Part shown: positions 34,489 to 44,030 of the stretch, one piece after another | How the letters are laid out: each line of letters begins with the position of its first letter | How positions within the stretch are numbered: position 1 is the stretch's first letter | NCBI GenBank assembly: GCA_051874735.1 | Contig: JBJEGD010000002.1 | Coordinates: 1 to 64,000, forward strand | Reading direction: 5' to 3' | Origin: Candidatus Bruticola sp. | GTDB lineage: Bacteria > Vulcanimicrobiota > Xenobia > Xenobiales > Xenobiaceae | DNA: 64,000 nt | The notes under the pieces: model-generated | What the model saw: only the letters and a program-made list of their open reading frames with translations | What the model was told of the DNA's origin: nothing | Databases searched by the model: none | Position numbers and translations under genes: made by a program

Positions 34489-35688
34489 TTAATGCTGACG
34501 GAAACCGCGCTGCATTCTCATACCCCCGCGCTTGTTGCCAGCCATAGCTGTCCCGGAAGTATTCGCAGAGGGACTCCGTCCCCCCTCACATCCTCTGTAA
34601 ATGCGGAACTGTCCGTAATTTTTAGTACTGCGTGCACTCTGAGAAGCTGGAGAGGGACTGCTGCCAACAGCCGAAACCTGCATAAGGCCGCGCGTCCGCT
34701 TGCCAGCAGCTTTCGCCTTTGGGGAAGAACGATGTCCCACTTTAGAAGAACGGCCCTCTTCGCGACAAGCAAAACCTCCAGAGGAGCGACCCTTACTGCG
34801 CTTGGAACGGGATGAACGCTCGGCAGAAGAAGAACGCGCTTTTCTCTGACTACCAAAGCCCAATAACTTGCGTTTTTCCGCGGGCTCTTCAGCTTTAGAT
34901 AATACGGAATCGACCCAGCGCATCTCTTCATAGCTTAGATCTCGACACTGGCCAGGAATCATACCGGTAAGAGTTACAGGACCGAACCCCCAAAGCACCA
35001 AACGCAGAACGGGATAGCCGAAAGAAGCTGAGACCTTACGCACTCCGCGACTATTTCCCGATAGTGTACGCAACTCCAACCAGGCAGTAGGAATGCTCTT
35101 GCGCTCTCGGATAGGCACACTGCGCGAGGGTAACTTAGGAGCAGGAATAACTTCAGCTTCGACATTCTCAGAGCGTCCGCCCTCAACAAGACAGACACCC
35201 TCACGCCAAGCTATAATTGTTTCCTCTGTAGGAATATTTTCAGTCTGAACTAAAAAGGTTCTCAGTTCAGCACAAAGCGGATGGGTCAAAACAGCACGAA
35301 AGCGAGGATTGCTAGTTAGAATCATCAAGCCTTCGGCTTCTTTATCTAGTACGTTTAAAGGGCGTACATCTGGCACATCGATATAATAATCGAGCTCGCC
35401 TTCTGCACGCTCCCCTGTGAATTTAACATCGACGCCGCACGGCTTCCAAAAAGCCAAATATCGGTACTGTTTTTCGGCTTTAGCGGTAGCTTCAGCTCGG
35501 CGTATGCCGGGCATATCGGCATAATGACGTCCGCTCATACGAAAAGACCGCACGCTTCGACCTCCAGAGACATTTAAACGTTCTCCAGAAGAATCTAACC
35601 CGTATCGGCCTCTTCTTCTAAGCGAGGCACTCTGACGGGCCCGACTCTTATCGAGCCGAGCTCCACCGCCCTCAGTGCCACGGCCCAT
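34489..35688 (-). CDS. RluE-like pseudouridine synthase homologue with degenerate motifs and basic tails
   Basis: WKPCGV, LDKEAEGL, PIRERKSIPTAWL and GYPVLRL motifs; start uncertain (ORF track start 35841 overlaps the upstream gene). Confidence 0.75.
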   Translation of the reverse strand: MGRGTEGGGARLDKSRARQSASLRRRGRYGLDSSGERLNVSGGRSVRSFRMSGRHYADMPGIRRAEATAKAEKQYRYLAFWKPCGVDVKFTGERAEGELDYYIDVPDVRPLNVLDKEAEGLMILTSNPRFRAVLTHPLCAELRTFLVQTENIPTEETIIAWREGVCLVEGGRSENVEAEVIPAPKLPSRSVPIRERKSIPTAWLELRTLSGNSRGVRKVSASFGYPVLRLVLWGFGPVTLTGMIPGQCRDLSYEEMRWVDSVLSKAEEPAEKRKLLGFGSQRKARSSSAERSSRSKRSKGRSSGGFACREEGRSSKVGHRSSPKAKAAGKRTRGLMQVSAVGSSPSPASQSARSTKNYGQFRIYRGCEGGRSPSANTSGTAMAGNKRGGMRMQRGFRQH

Positions 35689-35728
35689 CTCGGACGAGCC
35701 ATAATGATTGCGATTTCTATTTACCAAA

Positions 35729-36622
35729 TTAACCTGCCGCCGAAGTCGCGATTTCGCGATCGGCATCAATATAGATCTGTGCCACAGCCTGTAAGGACTC
35801 ATCATCCCAACCAGCAGCGAGGTCACGCAGCTTCTCGGCAAAAGCGGCTTTGGGATCTAAACCATTGGCGCCCGCCCAATTTTCTACGGCATCTTTCATT
35901 TGTGATACCATAGCCCGGCGATCTTCAGAAAGTCCACTGATAGCACTGTTCATGAACTCCTCAGCAGCCGTCTGCTTAGCTTGAGCGCTAATCTCTTCTC
36001 CAGATTCGTCGGTTATAGGCTTATTCTGGCTGTCATGTATGTCTAAGATACCAACGTTCTGAGCAGGCGTGAACTCAATTTGATTAACACCCTCAACAGG
36101 AGTCAGAGCAGCCAAAGTCTCGGTGGGACGATTTCCATGAATCATGTTGGAAACATAATTCTTAGCGGGCTCTAAACTGCGAGCCGGAACATCGCTGAGG
36201 ATCTCCCTGGCAGCCATGGCATCGTCATCCATACGATTGAGACGCTGAATATCTTCGGCCTTGATATCGTTGCCATAATCACGGACAGACATTTCACCAA
36301 GCGTACCATACTGTTCCTCGTCGTCGCGGAACTTACGCTCGTTTATTTCCTCATCGTCGTCATAAGAATCTTCCAAGACTTCACTAAGATTGCCGGACAT
36401 CGCGGCGTTCTTGGTCATCTCATCAGCTTCAGGAGTTTCATCCATTTGACCAGTAAGAGACAACTGAACATTGTCGCGAACCTCATGCTGGGTGGTTTCG
36501 TCCTGCTTCTGAGTAATCTCTTTTTGAGAACGGACAGAACCGAAACCGATATGGCTCAGGTTTCTGGTAGCCTGAGTCTGAAACATACTACTTGAAGGGT
36601 CCAAACCCCGCATTGCGTCCAT
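35729..36622 (-). CDS. acidic hypothetical protein
   Basis: 297-aa ORF, GGAGG RBS, D/E-rich. Confidence 0.75.
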   Translation of the reverse strand: MDAMRGLDPSSSMFQTQATRNLSHIGFGSVRSQKEITQKQDETTQHEVRDNVQLSLTGQMDETPEADEMTKNAAMSGNLSEVLEDSYDDDEEINERKFRDDEEQYGTLGEMSVRDYGNDIKAEDIQRLNRMDDDAMAAREILSDVPARSLEPAKNYVSNMIHGNRPTETLAALTPVEGVNQIEFTPAQNVGILDIHDSQNKPITDESGEEISAQAKQTAAEEFMNSAISGLSEDRRAMVSQMKDAVENWAGANGLDPKAAFAEKLRDLAAGWDDESLQAVAQIYIDADREIATSAAG

Positions 36623-36972
36623 GACTAATCCTCCGATGTATACTACTATCTACTCTGAATTCTATAAACTTTTGCGCAGATGTGAATATCTTTTATGTTA
36701 AAAAATCAACAACTCCCAAAATACCGCATTGCGAGTCGAGAAATATACACTGTATTTCTGCATTTATAATTAAAACTCTTGCTTATTATAAAGTTGGTTT
36801 AACATTTTCTTACTGGTCAGCAATTTTGCCTAACAGCCTAACGGCAGATTTAGAGAGCTTGGGCCTAGAAATAATCAGACGGGAAAGGAAGCTTTTTATG
36901 CAGAAGCCACCGACTCATTTTCTTATGTCAGAGTAAACTCAAGTAAAAATTTAGCTGGCATAAATGCTCTGA

Positions 36973-37662
36973 TTGGAGGCTACTTTGGAAGTTACTCAAG
37001 CCTATCATCCTCTATTACATACACTTATGTTTATAAGTAAGTTTCCCCGTCCTTTAAAAGAGATGGAAAGCCCTGACTGGCTGAAACATCTACTTACTTT
37101 GCAAGGCGAAGCGCAAAGGCCTCAGGGAGCTCTTCCTCCTAAAGAAGAAATCTTTAAAATGTATCGCACTCTCTTGCGTTGGGGAGGTTTCAAACCTAGC
37201 GGACGAAGCAAACCAGCAGCAGAGTATTTAGTAAGGGCAGCTGCAACCGGCGAGCTTAACTCTATAAATGCGGCGGTCGACGTCCTAAACAGCGTATCTC
37301 TCCACCTAGGTCTGCCTATAGGCGTTATCGATTTAGATCTCTGTCGCCCTCCTCTGCACATCGACTTAGGACGAGAGGGAGAATCTTATATATTCAATAA
37401 ATCAGGACAAGAGATGAGTCTGAAGGGACTAATAGTGATGCGCGACCAACAAGGTCCCTGCGCCAATCCTGTAAAAGACTCACAGAGAACTAAAACTAAT
37501 GACGAAACTAAACGCACACTTACTATAGTATGGGGCAATAAAGAATGTTTAGCTCCAGCTTTAATGGCTGTAGAATGGCAAAAAAAGCTGCTACGCCAAC
37601 TAGGAGCTGAAATTGAAGATGTAACGACCATATTCGAATTAGCTCCAGCAGATCAAACTTAA
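36973..37662 (+). CDS. B3/B4 domain protein (PheRS beta editing-domain-like, stand-alone)
   Basis: GFKPSGRSKPAAEYL, INAAVDVLN, PIGVIDLD and PVKDSQRTK motifs. Confidence 0.82.
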   Translation: MEATLEVTQAYHPLLHTLMFISKFPRPLKEMESPDWLKHLLTLQGEAQRPQGALPPKEEIFKMYRTLLRWGGFKPSGRSKPAAEYLVRAAATGELNSINAAVDVLNSVSLHLGLPIGVIDLDLCRPPLHIDLGREGESYIFNKSGQEMSLKGLIVMRDQQGPCANPVKDSQRTKTNDETKRTLTIVWGNKECLAPALMAVEWQKKLLRQLGAEIEDVTTIFELAPADQT

Positions 37663-37791
37663 ATTGCGCGGTTTTCCAACGAAATTTAGCACATTATTTC
37701 TAACCTAGGGGAAAAGTTAACCTCTATACGAATTATCTACATATTTAAGTTAAAGTTAGGATAATTATTTTTTAGTGAGGTAATTAAGAAA

Positions 37792-38169
37792 ATGAAAAAA
37801 TTCATCTTAAGCTTTTGCCTTGCTTTAGCGTCTGCTTCCCTGTTGAGCGGATGCGCAGGCGACTATGAAGCGAATCCCAGTCGTTTTTATTTAGAGAGCA
37901 ACCGTCCTTGTTCTATTGAGCAAGTAGCTCAGCAGCTTCCCGCTGATCTTATCGCCCAAGAGACGACTGTTAAACTCTACGCTTATAAAGATGGCCAGCG
38001 CCGCTTAATAAAAACTGAAGTTTATCCTGCGAATACGATCAGTGCTGCTGAGATTTTGCAAAATCTTCCCTCTTCTGGTCATTACTGGTTAGAGACAGAC
38101 TTAAAAAGTTCAAATCGTACCTTAACTTATAAAGCTGAGCTCTGCGATTCTCAGCTAACTCTCCACTAG
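37792..38169 (+). CDS. putative lipoprotein
   Basis: MKK plus hydrophobic stretch and LSGC lipobox; GAGG RBS. Confidence 0.75.
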   Translation: MKKFILSFCLALASASLLSGCAGDYEANPSRFYLESNRPCSIEQVAQQLPADLIAQETTVKLYAYKDGQRRLIKTEVYPANTISAAEILQNLPSSGHYWLETDLKSSNRTLTYKAELCDSQLTLH

Positions 38170-38196
38170 ATGCAGTTTATATGGCTGCATACAATA

Positions 38197-38248
38197 AAAT
38201 AAGCGCCGACAGCCTATTTTAGTGCAAACAACGTGTCGGCGCTTATTT
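38197..38248. terminator. bidirectional terminator hairpin
   Basis: AAATAAGCGCCGACA...TGTCGGCGCTTATTT between convergent genes. Confidence 0.65.
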
Positions 38249-38268
38249 ATTTTATTAAATCGGTTACT

Positions 38269-40101
38269 TTAAGGAGCAGAACGAACGGTTCGGCCCCCAA
38301 TATCAGAACTGCCGTTCTGCATCATACAATAATTATTTATAGCAGACGCCAATTCTTCAGCAATAATCTGCCGACATTTTTGATCAGCCAGCTTTACGCC
38401 GTCATGGTAATTTGTTAAATAAGCCATTTCCACTAAAACAGCCGGCATATCGGTATTGCGCAGCACATAGAAACTCTCCCGCAGCGTACCGATTTGATAG
38501 AATCCTAAAGAGCTTAGCGAAAATTCTAACGCTTTGGCCAAAGGTTTGTCTTCTGTTTTGCACCAATAAACTGAGCTTCCGTTAGGCACAGAAGATACGC
38601 TGGCATTGCAGTGCAAACTAATAAAGAAATCAGCGCCAATATTGTTGGCTACATCGCATCGAGACTGCAGCTCTACTGAATCTGGAGATCCTCGCCAGCT
38701 GACATCTCTATCATCTTCCCGAGTCATAACCACTTCCCAGCCTTCGCTTTCTAGCAGATCGCGCAGGCGCATAGCTACATCGAGAGTAATTTGTTTTTCA
38801 TAAACTCCTAAAGCGCGGCTATAACAGCCGGGATCTCCGCCGCCATGGCCAGGATCTAATACTATTATGCCGCGCTTTTCTATAAAGTCTAAAGTCTGTC
38901 CCCTACCACTAACCAGGGCCTCCTCCTGTTTCTCATCCTCGGACTTAGCAAAAAAACGCACCGCTATGGTACTATCTTTATCTGAGCTAGGAAAAGTAAA
39001 AGAAGTATGCCTCTGGAGTGCAAACTCCAAACGCAGTATAGGATGATAGGCGCTGCCTACAGCGGACGCTTCAGCGAAATCGAATAATTTAAGCATACTC
39101 TCCGGCATATGCACTGAAGTATCACTGTCAACATTATCTAAATAGAGGCAGAGACGATGGCAGTCGGCGCAATAATTCCAGAAATAGCGGAAGGGTGTTG
39201 AAGCTGCTACAATTATATCTTCAAATTGGTTATCACCGTTTTCATATATCTGAACTTCGCAGCTATTTAAGGCTGAAGTTTCCTGCTGAGCAGCCGAGAG
39301 TGAAAATTGGGGCGAACAGATTATACTAATAGATTTATTGTCGAATGATTCACGCAAAATTGGCGACCAATGGGCAGGGAACTTGTAATTTAGCGTCAAC
39401 ATCGGGACGCCGTTTACTTGTTCAGATTCAGCTTCAATGCTGATATGCTCCTTATGCACTTGCTGTTCAGCTTCTCCCCATACAGCAGAGCGAAACTGAA
39501 GAGAAATATTGTCAGCATCACTGCTGACGACTTTCCAATCGGGACGAAATGGAAACTTCATGATCAGTTTTCGACCATCAGCGTCTGTGTGCACCGTAGG
39601 AGCAGACACTTTGTAAGCCAACGTAGTCGCCTCGGACTCTAGTTTTGTCTCATCAGAGCATACAGCCAAATTGAGCAGCTGCACGAACAACTTCGGCTCC
39701 ATGAGACGATTTCCTGAGTAATTGCGCATTACCCCTGCAGCAGGAATCTTTTGACTATTGGGCCCAACAATTTCACGGCTGTCAGCGGACACTATCAGCT
39801 CTTCAGGGCCGGCAAACACTATTAAAGTGCTTCCGCTGCTGCTCCAGTTAAAACGACGTCCTGATTTAGCGATCAAACGCTCCGCCTCTTCACTGTCAAC
39901 GAGTAAAAAGAGACGCTCTGAATCATCTGTTTCGCTGTTTTTTTCAGATCCCGCCAAGGTAATGCAAGGAATAGAGTAGAGCGTCGATCCAAGACGGTAA
40001 TTGCAGACAGATTCTGCTTCCTTAGCTGGAGCAGCTCTCAATCCTAACAAAAAAAATAAACTGATAGCAGCAACAAATAAGTAAAAATTTTTCATAGGCA
40101 T
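38269..40101 (-). CDS. N-acetylmuramoyl-L-alanine amidase (Amidase_3) with long N-terminal region
   Basis: Signal peptide; IVLDPGHGGGDPG, EK, FISLHCNA and PAVLVEMAY motifs. Confidence 0.88.
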   Translation of the reverse strand: MPMKNFYLFVAAISLFFLLGLRAAPAKEAESVCNYRLGSTLYSIPCITLAGSEKNSETDDSERLFLLVDSEEAERLIAKSGRRFNWSSSGSTLIVFAGPEELIVSADSREIVGPNSQKIPAAGVMRNYSGNRLMEPKLFVQLLNLAVCSDETKLESEATTLAYKVSAPTVHTDADGRKLIMKFPFRPDWKVVSSDADNISLQFRSAVWGEAEQQVHKEHISIEAESEQVNGVPMLTLNYKFPAHWSPILRESFDNKSISIICSPQFSLSAAQQETSALNSCEVQIYENGDNQFEDIIVAASTPFRYFWNYCADCHRLCLYLDNVDSDTSVHMPESMLKLFDFAEASAVGSAYHPILRLEFALQRHTSFTFPSSDKDSTIAVRFFAKSEDEKQEEALVSGRGQTLDFIEKRGIIVLDPGHGGGDPGCYSRALGVYEKQITLDVAMRLRDLLESEGWEVVMTREDDRDVSWRGSPDSVELQSRCDVANNIGADFFISLHCNASVSSVPNGSSVYWCKTEDKPLAKALEFSLSSLGFYQIGTLRESFYVLRNTDMPAVLVEMAYLTNYHDGVKLADQKCRQIIAEELASAINNYCMMQNGSSDIGGRTVRSAP

Positions 40102-40293
40102 ATTTTTAGTCCAATAGCAACTAAACGAATCAATCAGCAGCAGCCCCCCGCTTTGTTTTCTACTAATCTCTGCCTAAAAGCAGTTTTTTCTAAAATATGG
40201 CAAGACCAAGTTATTTCCTTGTCTTTTTGTTAGTCTCTCTTATAATCTTTTCAAGATAAAAAAAAAGAAGATGATATAAACCATCTTCCTAAT

Positions 40294-40370
<77 letters not shown>

Positions 40371-40413
40371 ATATTTGTTTATCGCATTTGCAGCATCTCT
40401 CGACTGCCCTCAA

Positions 40414-40442
40414 AGTATACACAGAACAGATAACGATGTCAA
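40414..40442 (-). promoter_or_regulatory. sigma70-type promoter of tRNA-fMet
   Basis: TTGACA-17 bp-TATACT. Confidence 0.75.
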
Positions 40443-40458
40443 GAGCTTTCATAAAAAA

Positions 40459-40947
40459 TTATTTCTTCATTGAAATATGCTCGTCATCGCCATCCTGCTC
40501 AGCCGCTCCAGAGACAGCTCTGACCATGACAAACACCACCGCTCCTAAAATAAAATACGGAACTAGCATAGCCATTAAGTAAGCGGCCTGCGCTCTGCTA
40601 CTAATAGCCCCGGAAGGCTGCTCTATGCCTTTTAAAGGTACTTTGAATTTTAGAAGCATGTCTACTGTATAGCTATCCGACACATTGCGCACCAAGTACC
40701 GGCCCTCACGACCGTCAGCATAAATAAGGTCTTTGTACATTTGAACTGAGGCTACTTCCCCATTTTTCACATCTTCAACAAATTGGCTGTAAGTTTTTTC
40801 CACAGTTGGAGCCTCAGCTCGGCGCTGCCACCCAGCGACAATCCAAGTCAGACCGAAAGAAAGTAAAGCCAAAAGCACAATCGCTAAACAGATAATTTTA
40901 GGCAGAGGTACACGCCCATTGCGTCTATTCCTGTAAACAGCAGCCAT
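40459..40947 (-). CDS. stand-alone FtsH N-terminal/extracellular-domain-like membrane protein
   Basis: TM - TYSQFVEDVKNGEVASV - TM architecture; no AAA or protease domain. Confidence 0.65.
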   Translation of the reverse strand: MAAVYRNRRNGRVPLPKIICLAIVLLALLSFGLTWIVAGWQRRAEAPTVEKTYSQFVEDVKNGEVASVQMYKDLIYADGREGRYLVRNVSDSYTVDMLLKFKVPLKGIEQPSGAISSRAQAAYLMAMLVPYFILGAVVFVMVRAVSGAAEQDGDDEHISMKK

Positions 40948-41020
40948 ACGTTTTTTGTTCCAATAAAAATGTAATTTTACAAACAGCCGCCTTAAAATAT
41001 TAAGGGCTGCAGAAAAAAGA

Positions 41021-41050
41021 TTATCGGCTCTATATAGATAGAGCCGATAA
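41021..41050 (-). terminator. intrinsic terminator
   Basis: TTATCGGCTCTAT...ATAGAGCCGATAA hairpin with minus-strand U-tract. Confidence 0.65.
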
Positions 41051-41061
41051 CCGATGGGACA

Positions 41062-43761
41062 CTATTTCTGGTTATTTGTTGCTCCGCTACTCGCAGGAGA
41101 GTGATTTGCATTTTTCTTCATACAATCCTGCAGCCAATCCTTAGCCTTCTTACGATCGAGACGATATAAACGGTGCATATCGGAACCTTCAGGATAAGGA
41201 TTACTCCTCAACTGTTCATCTAGGTTTTTGACAATTTTAGCATATAACGAGTTAAAATTCCCAGATGCCTCAACTAATTCTTGATCGCTTAAAGTATAGG
41301 GCTTCGGCAAGTAAACAGCATGGCCTAAATCTGTAGAATTAGCGAAAACAGAGGAAATCCAAACTTCAAAGCGACCATTATTGTCATAGTCAGCTATATC
41401 AAAATTAATATTACCTTCACGGTTTGTACAAATAAAGTCTTGACCGCTGTAGCTGACAATAACAGCATTCAGATAGTCGGGATTGATCAGAGCATTCCAC
41501 ACCATAACTGCCTCTTCTTTGCTTTGACTAGTTATGTTGGCACACTCCAAACTGACCAAGTGACTAAATCCTTTTACCTTCCGGGTGAATAACTGGTTAA
41601 GTATAAATTTATCCCAGCCGTACACAGCGAAACTACCAGACAAGTTACTTAAAACTGCAGTTTTTTCGTCTTTCTCAGTATCATCATCGATACTGACTAC
41701 TTCAGAATTCGGATCATCGCAGCCTGCAACTATTAATTCGCGAATTCCGTCTCCGGTTATATCTACATAGGCACCATCAATTCTGGATTTATATATATAA
41801 ACACCAAAGGAAGAAAGAGTCTGCATAAATTTGCGGACAGACTCATCGGAAGAATGCGGAACGGCACTCCCAGAAGAGAAAGCTCCGTTGACAGCTTCAA
41901 AAACGCTGTAATATTTATCCCAAGCAGGAGAAAGTTCCGATGAGACCGTTTCTAAATCGTTATTGGCTCCTAAAGAAAGGGCTTGACGGCATCTAATATA
42001 GGCTTCCCCTTCTAGCTGATTTTCTTTAAGCTCTTTGGCCCAATTCAACATACGGGCCTGAGCTACTTCTAAAGCATAAGTGCTGCCCTTAGCGACTTCA
42101 AGAGCTTGAGCGGTATAGCTATCGGCAACACTGTAAACATGAGAAGCCCCAGCTTCCTTGGCCAAGCCGAGCAAAGAAGCAGCATACTTCGCCCGAATAT
42201 TGTCATCGGAAGGATAATTGTGGAATTCAATGCGCAAGTCAGAGCTTTCAGCACGGAAGTCACCGCCAATCAGATCGGCCGATTTACCTTGTCCTAAACT
42301 GATTAGATCGATCTTCTTTGAATTTTGCAAATATAGTGCTCCTACTACAGCTGCGCACACAAGCAAAACAATTATAATTAAGCAACTTGACAGAGATACA
42401 ACAGACTTACTGGAACGCAAGCGACGTCTTACATCGGAAGCTTCTTTAGCCAACTCAGGATCGAGCGACTCGGCCTGTTTTAAAGCTGCTTTAATATTCT
42501 TGGAAGCTTGGCTTCCGCTGCCCCAAAGTGAACCGCTTCCCGAGCCTGAATCTACAGACATAGCGGCGCGGTCGATAAACACTCTAGCTAAGTTTTTATT
42601 TAGCTCTTTTTTTATGTTGTCGTCGGCAACTTCAGCAATAGCTTCATAAATACCGTCTTTTTCCAAAGTAGCAGCCTGAGGAGGATCACTCTTAAGCCAT
42701 TCATAAACTGAACCGACTATATCACTGGGCAGGCTCTTGCACTTTCCAGACAGTTGACGCAGATCGGATACAGCTCCTATATAATTATGCTCGCATAAAC
42801 AGCAGGCCGCACACAAAACAGAGGCATCGGCTACAGAAATGCGACTTTCCAACAGTTTACGTCCGACAACTCTGGCCTTGAAGAAATTGCCGTCATGAAA
42901 AAGCTGTATAGCCGTGGAAACAGCGATACGGTTGGCCCTGACCGTAACAGTCTTATCTCCTCCAGAAGTTTTAAAAAGAATTTTGCCTTCGCCCAAATTG
43001 CCTTCTAAAGCGGTCATATCTAAAGTAAGCAAAATTCTTTGGCTGTTGCTGGCAAATTCTTGCGGCTGAGCTATTATCCAATCTACATTAGCCTGCAAGG
43101 TTCCGTAAAGATAGCCGCGGCCGCTGTTAGTTAAGTCTATGGCCGTATCCATTTCGTCATCTGCACACTCTATAACTAAAGAATCAGATGACAAAGTCAG
43201 AACCGGCTTTTCGACAAATCCAGTAGACTCTAGAAATACTTCTAGTCCCACTGAACGTTGACGATTAGCGATTCTGGCCTGTTTAGCTTTTTGGGCTAAT
43301 TCTGTATAGCCATTATGTTCAAGCCAGTACTCAAAATCTCCATTATACAGATAACGAACCGAAGCATTCCAATCTTGATCGGCCTTAAGAATAAGCTCCT
43401 TAGCATCGCTGGCCTGCCACTTATTTCTAACCGAGTTCGAGCTGAATATTTTGCCTACAGTACGACCGGGTAAAGGCACACCACACTTAGAACACAGCGA
43501 AGCTCTATAAGGATTGTCTTCACCACAAGACGAACACTTTATAGTGTCAGGTAATTCTAAAGACACAGAAACTGCCTCAGAATGAGTACAGCGGCACCCA
43601 AAAACTGCGCACCGCTCTATTCCTTCCCAACACTCATCGTGGTAAAGATAACCACACTGGCTGCACAACGTGCACCCTGCAGCATTGTCGCTGCTACCAT
43701 CTTCATTCTGTTTGGCAAAAGGCATGCCGCAAACAGGACAAACTCTCTCAGATAGAGGCAT
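41062..43761 (-). CDS. prokaryotic RING-finger / zinc-ribbon / BACON-like single-pass membrane protein
   Basis: CPVC...CSQCGYLYHDECW...C..FGC; CSSC...CSKC; LTNSGRGYLYG...WI; TM near aa 465-487; DITGDGIRE and DYDNNGRFE motifs. Confidence 0.75.
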   Translation of the reverse strand: MPLSERVCPVCGMPFAKQNEDGSSDNAAGCTLCSQCGYLYHDECWEGIERCAVFGCRCTHSEAVSVSLELPDTIKCSSCGEDNPYRASLCSKCGVPLPGRTVGKIFSSNSVRNKWQASDAKELILKADQDWNASVRYLYNGDFEYWLEHNGYTELAQKAKQARIANRQRSVGLEVFLESTGFVEKPVLTLSSDSLVIECADDEMDTAIDLTNSGRGYLYGTLQANVDWIIAQPQEFASNSQRILLTLDMTALEGNLGEGKILFKTSGGDKTVTVRANRIAVSTAIQLFHDGNFFKARVVGRKLLESRISVADASVLCAACCLCEHNYIGAVSDLRQLSGKCKSLPSDIVGSVYEWLKSDPPQAATLEKDGIYEAIAEVADDNIKKELNKNLARVFIDRAAMSVDSGSGSGSLWGSGSQASKNIKAALKQAESLDPELAKEASDVRRRLRSSKSVVSLSSCLIIIVLLVCAAVVGALYLQNSKKIDLISLGQGKSADLIGGDFRAESSDLRIEFHNYPSDDNIRAKYAASLLGLAKEAGASHVYSVADSYTAQALEVAKGSTYALEVAQARMLNWAKELKENQLEGEAYIRCRQALSLGANNDLETVSSELSPAWDKYYSVFEAVNGAFSSGSAVPHSSDESVRKFMQTLSSFGVYIYKSRIDGAYVDITGDGIRELIVAGCDDPNSEVVSIDDDTEKDEKTAVLSNLSGSFAVYGWDKFILNQLFTRKVKGFSHLVSLECANITSQSKEEAVMVWNALINPDYLNAVIVSYSGQDFICTNREGNINFDIADYDNNGRFEVWISSVFANSTDLGHAVYLPKPYTLSDQELVEASGNFNSLYAKIVKNLDEQLRSNPYPEGSDMHRLYRLDRKKAKDWLQDCMKKNANHSPASSGATNNQK

Positions 43762-44030
43762 AAAAAACCTTTCGTTATCTGCAATAAAGGTCAAAAAACC
43801 AAAAAAATGCGCTTTGGGTGCCTATTCTTAAAAACGGCGTTATTACCTGCCGGCCTCTGCAGTATCACTCTTATTTGGGGAAAATACCTATTTTTTTTAG
43901 GAAAAAGTGCTTAAACGTATCCTTAATTATTGCAGTTGAAAATGGATTTCTCAGGAAGGTAATAAAATTTTTAGCGCAAAAACACATAAGCGAATTGAGG
44001 GGGAGGATGGCAAAATTTGGAGTTATAGAC

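Noticed and set aside
36672-36703. dif-like site (TTATGTTAAA XerD-type arm)
   Set aside because: No acceptable XerC arm at the required 6-bp spacing
36682-36936. 84-aa ORF in the divergent intergenic region
   Set aside because: No RBS or motif; AT-rich promoter-like composition
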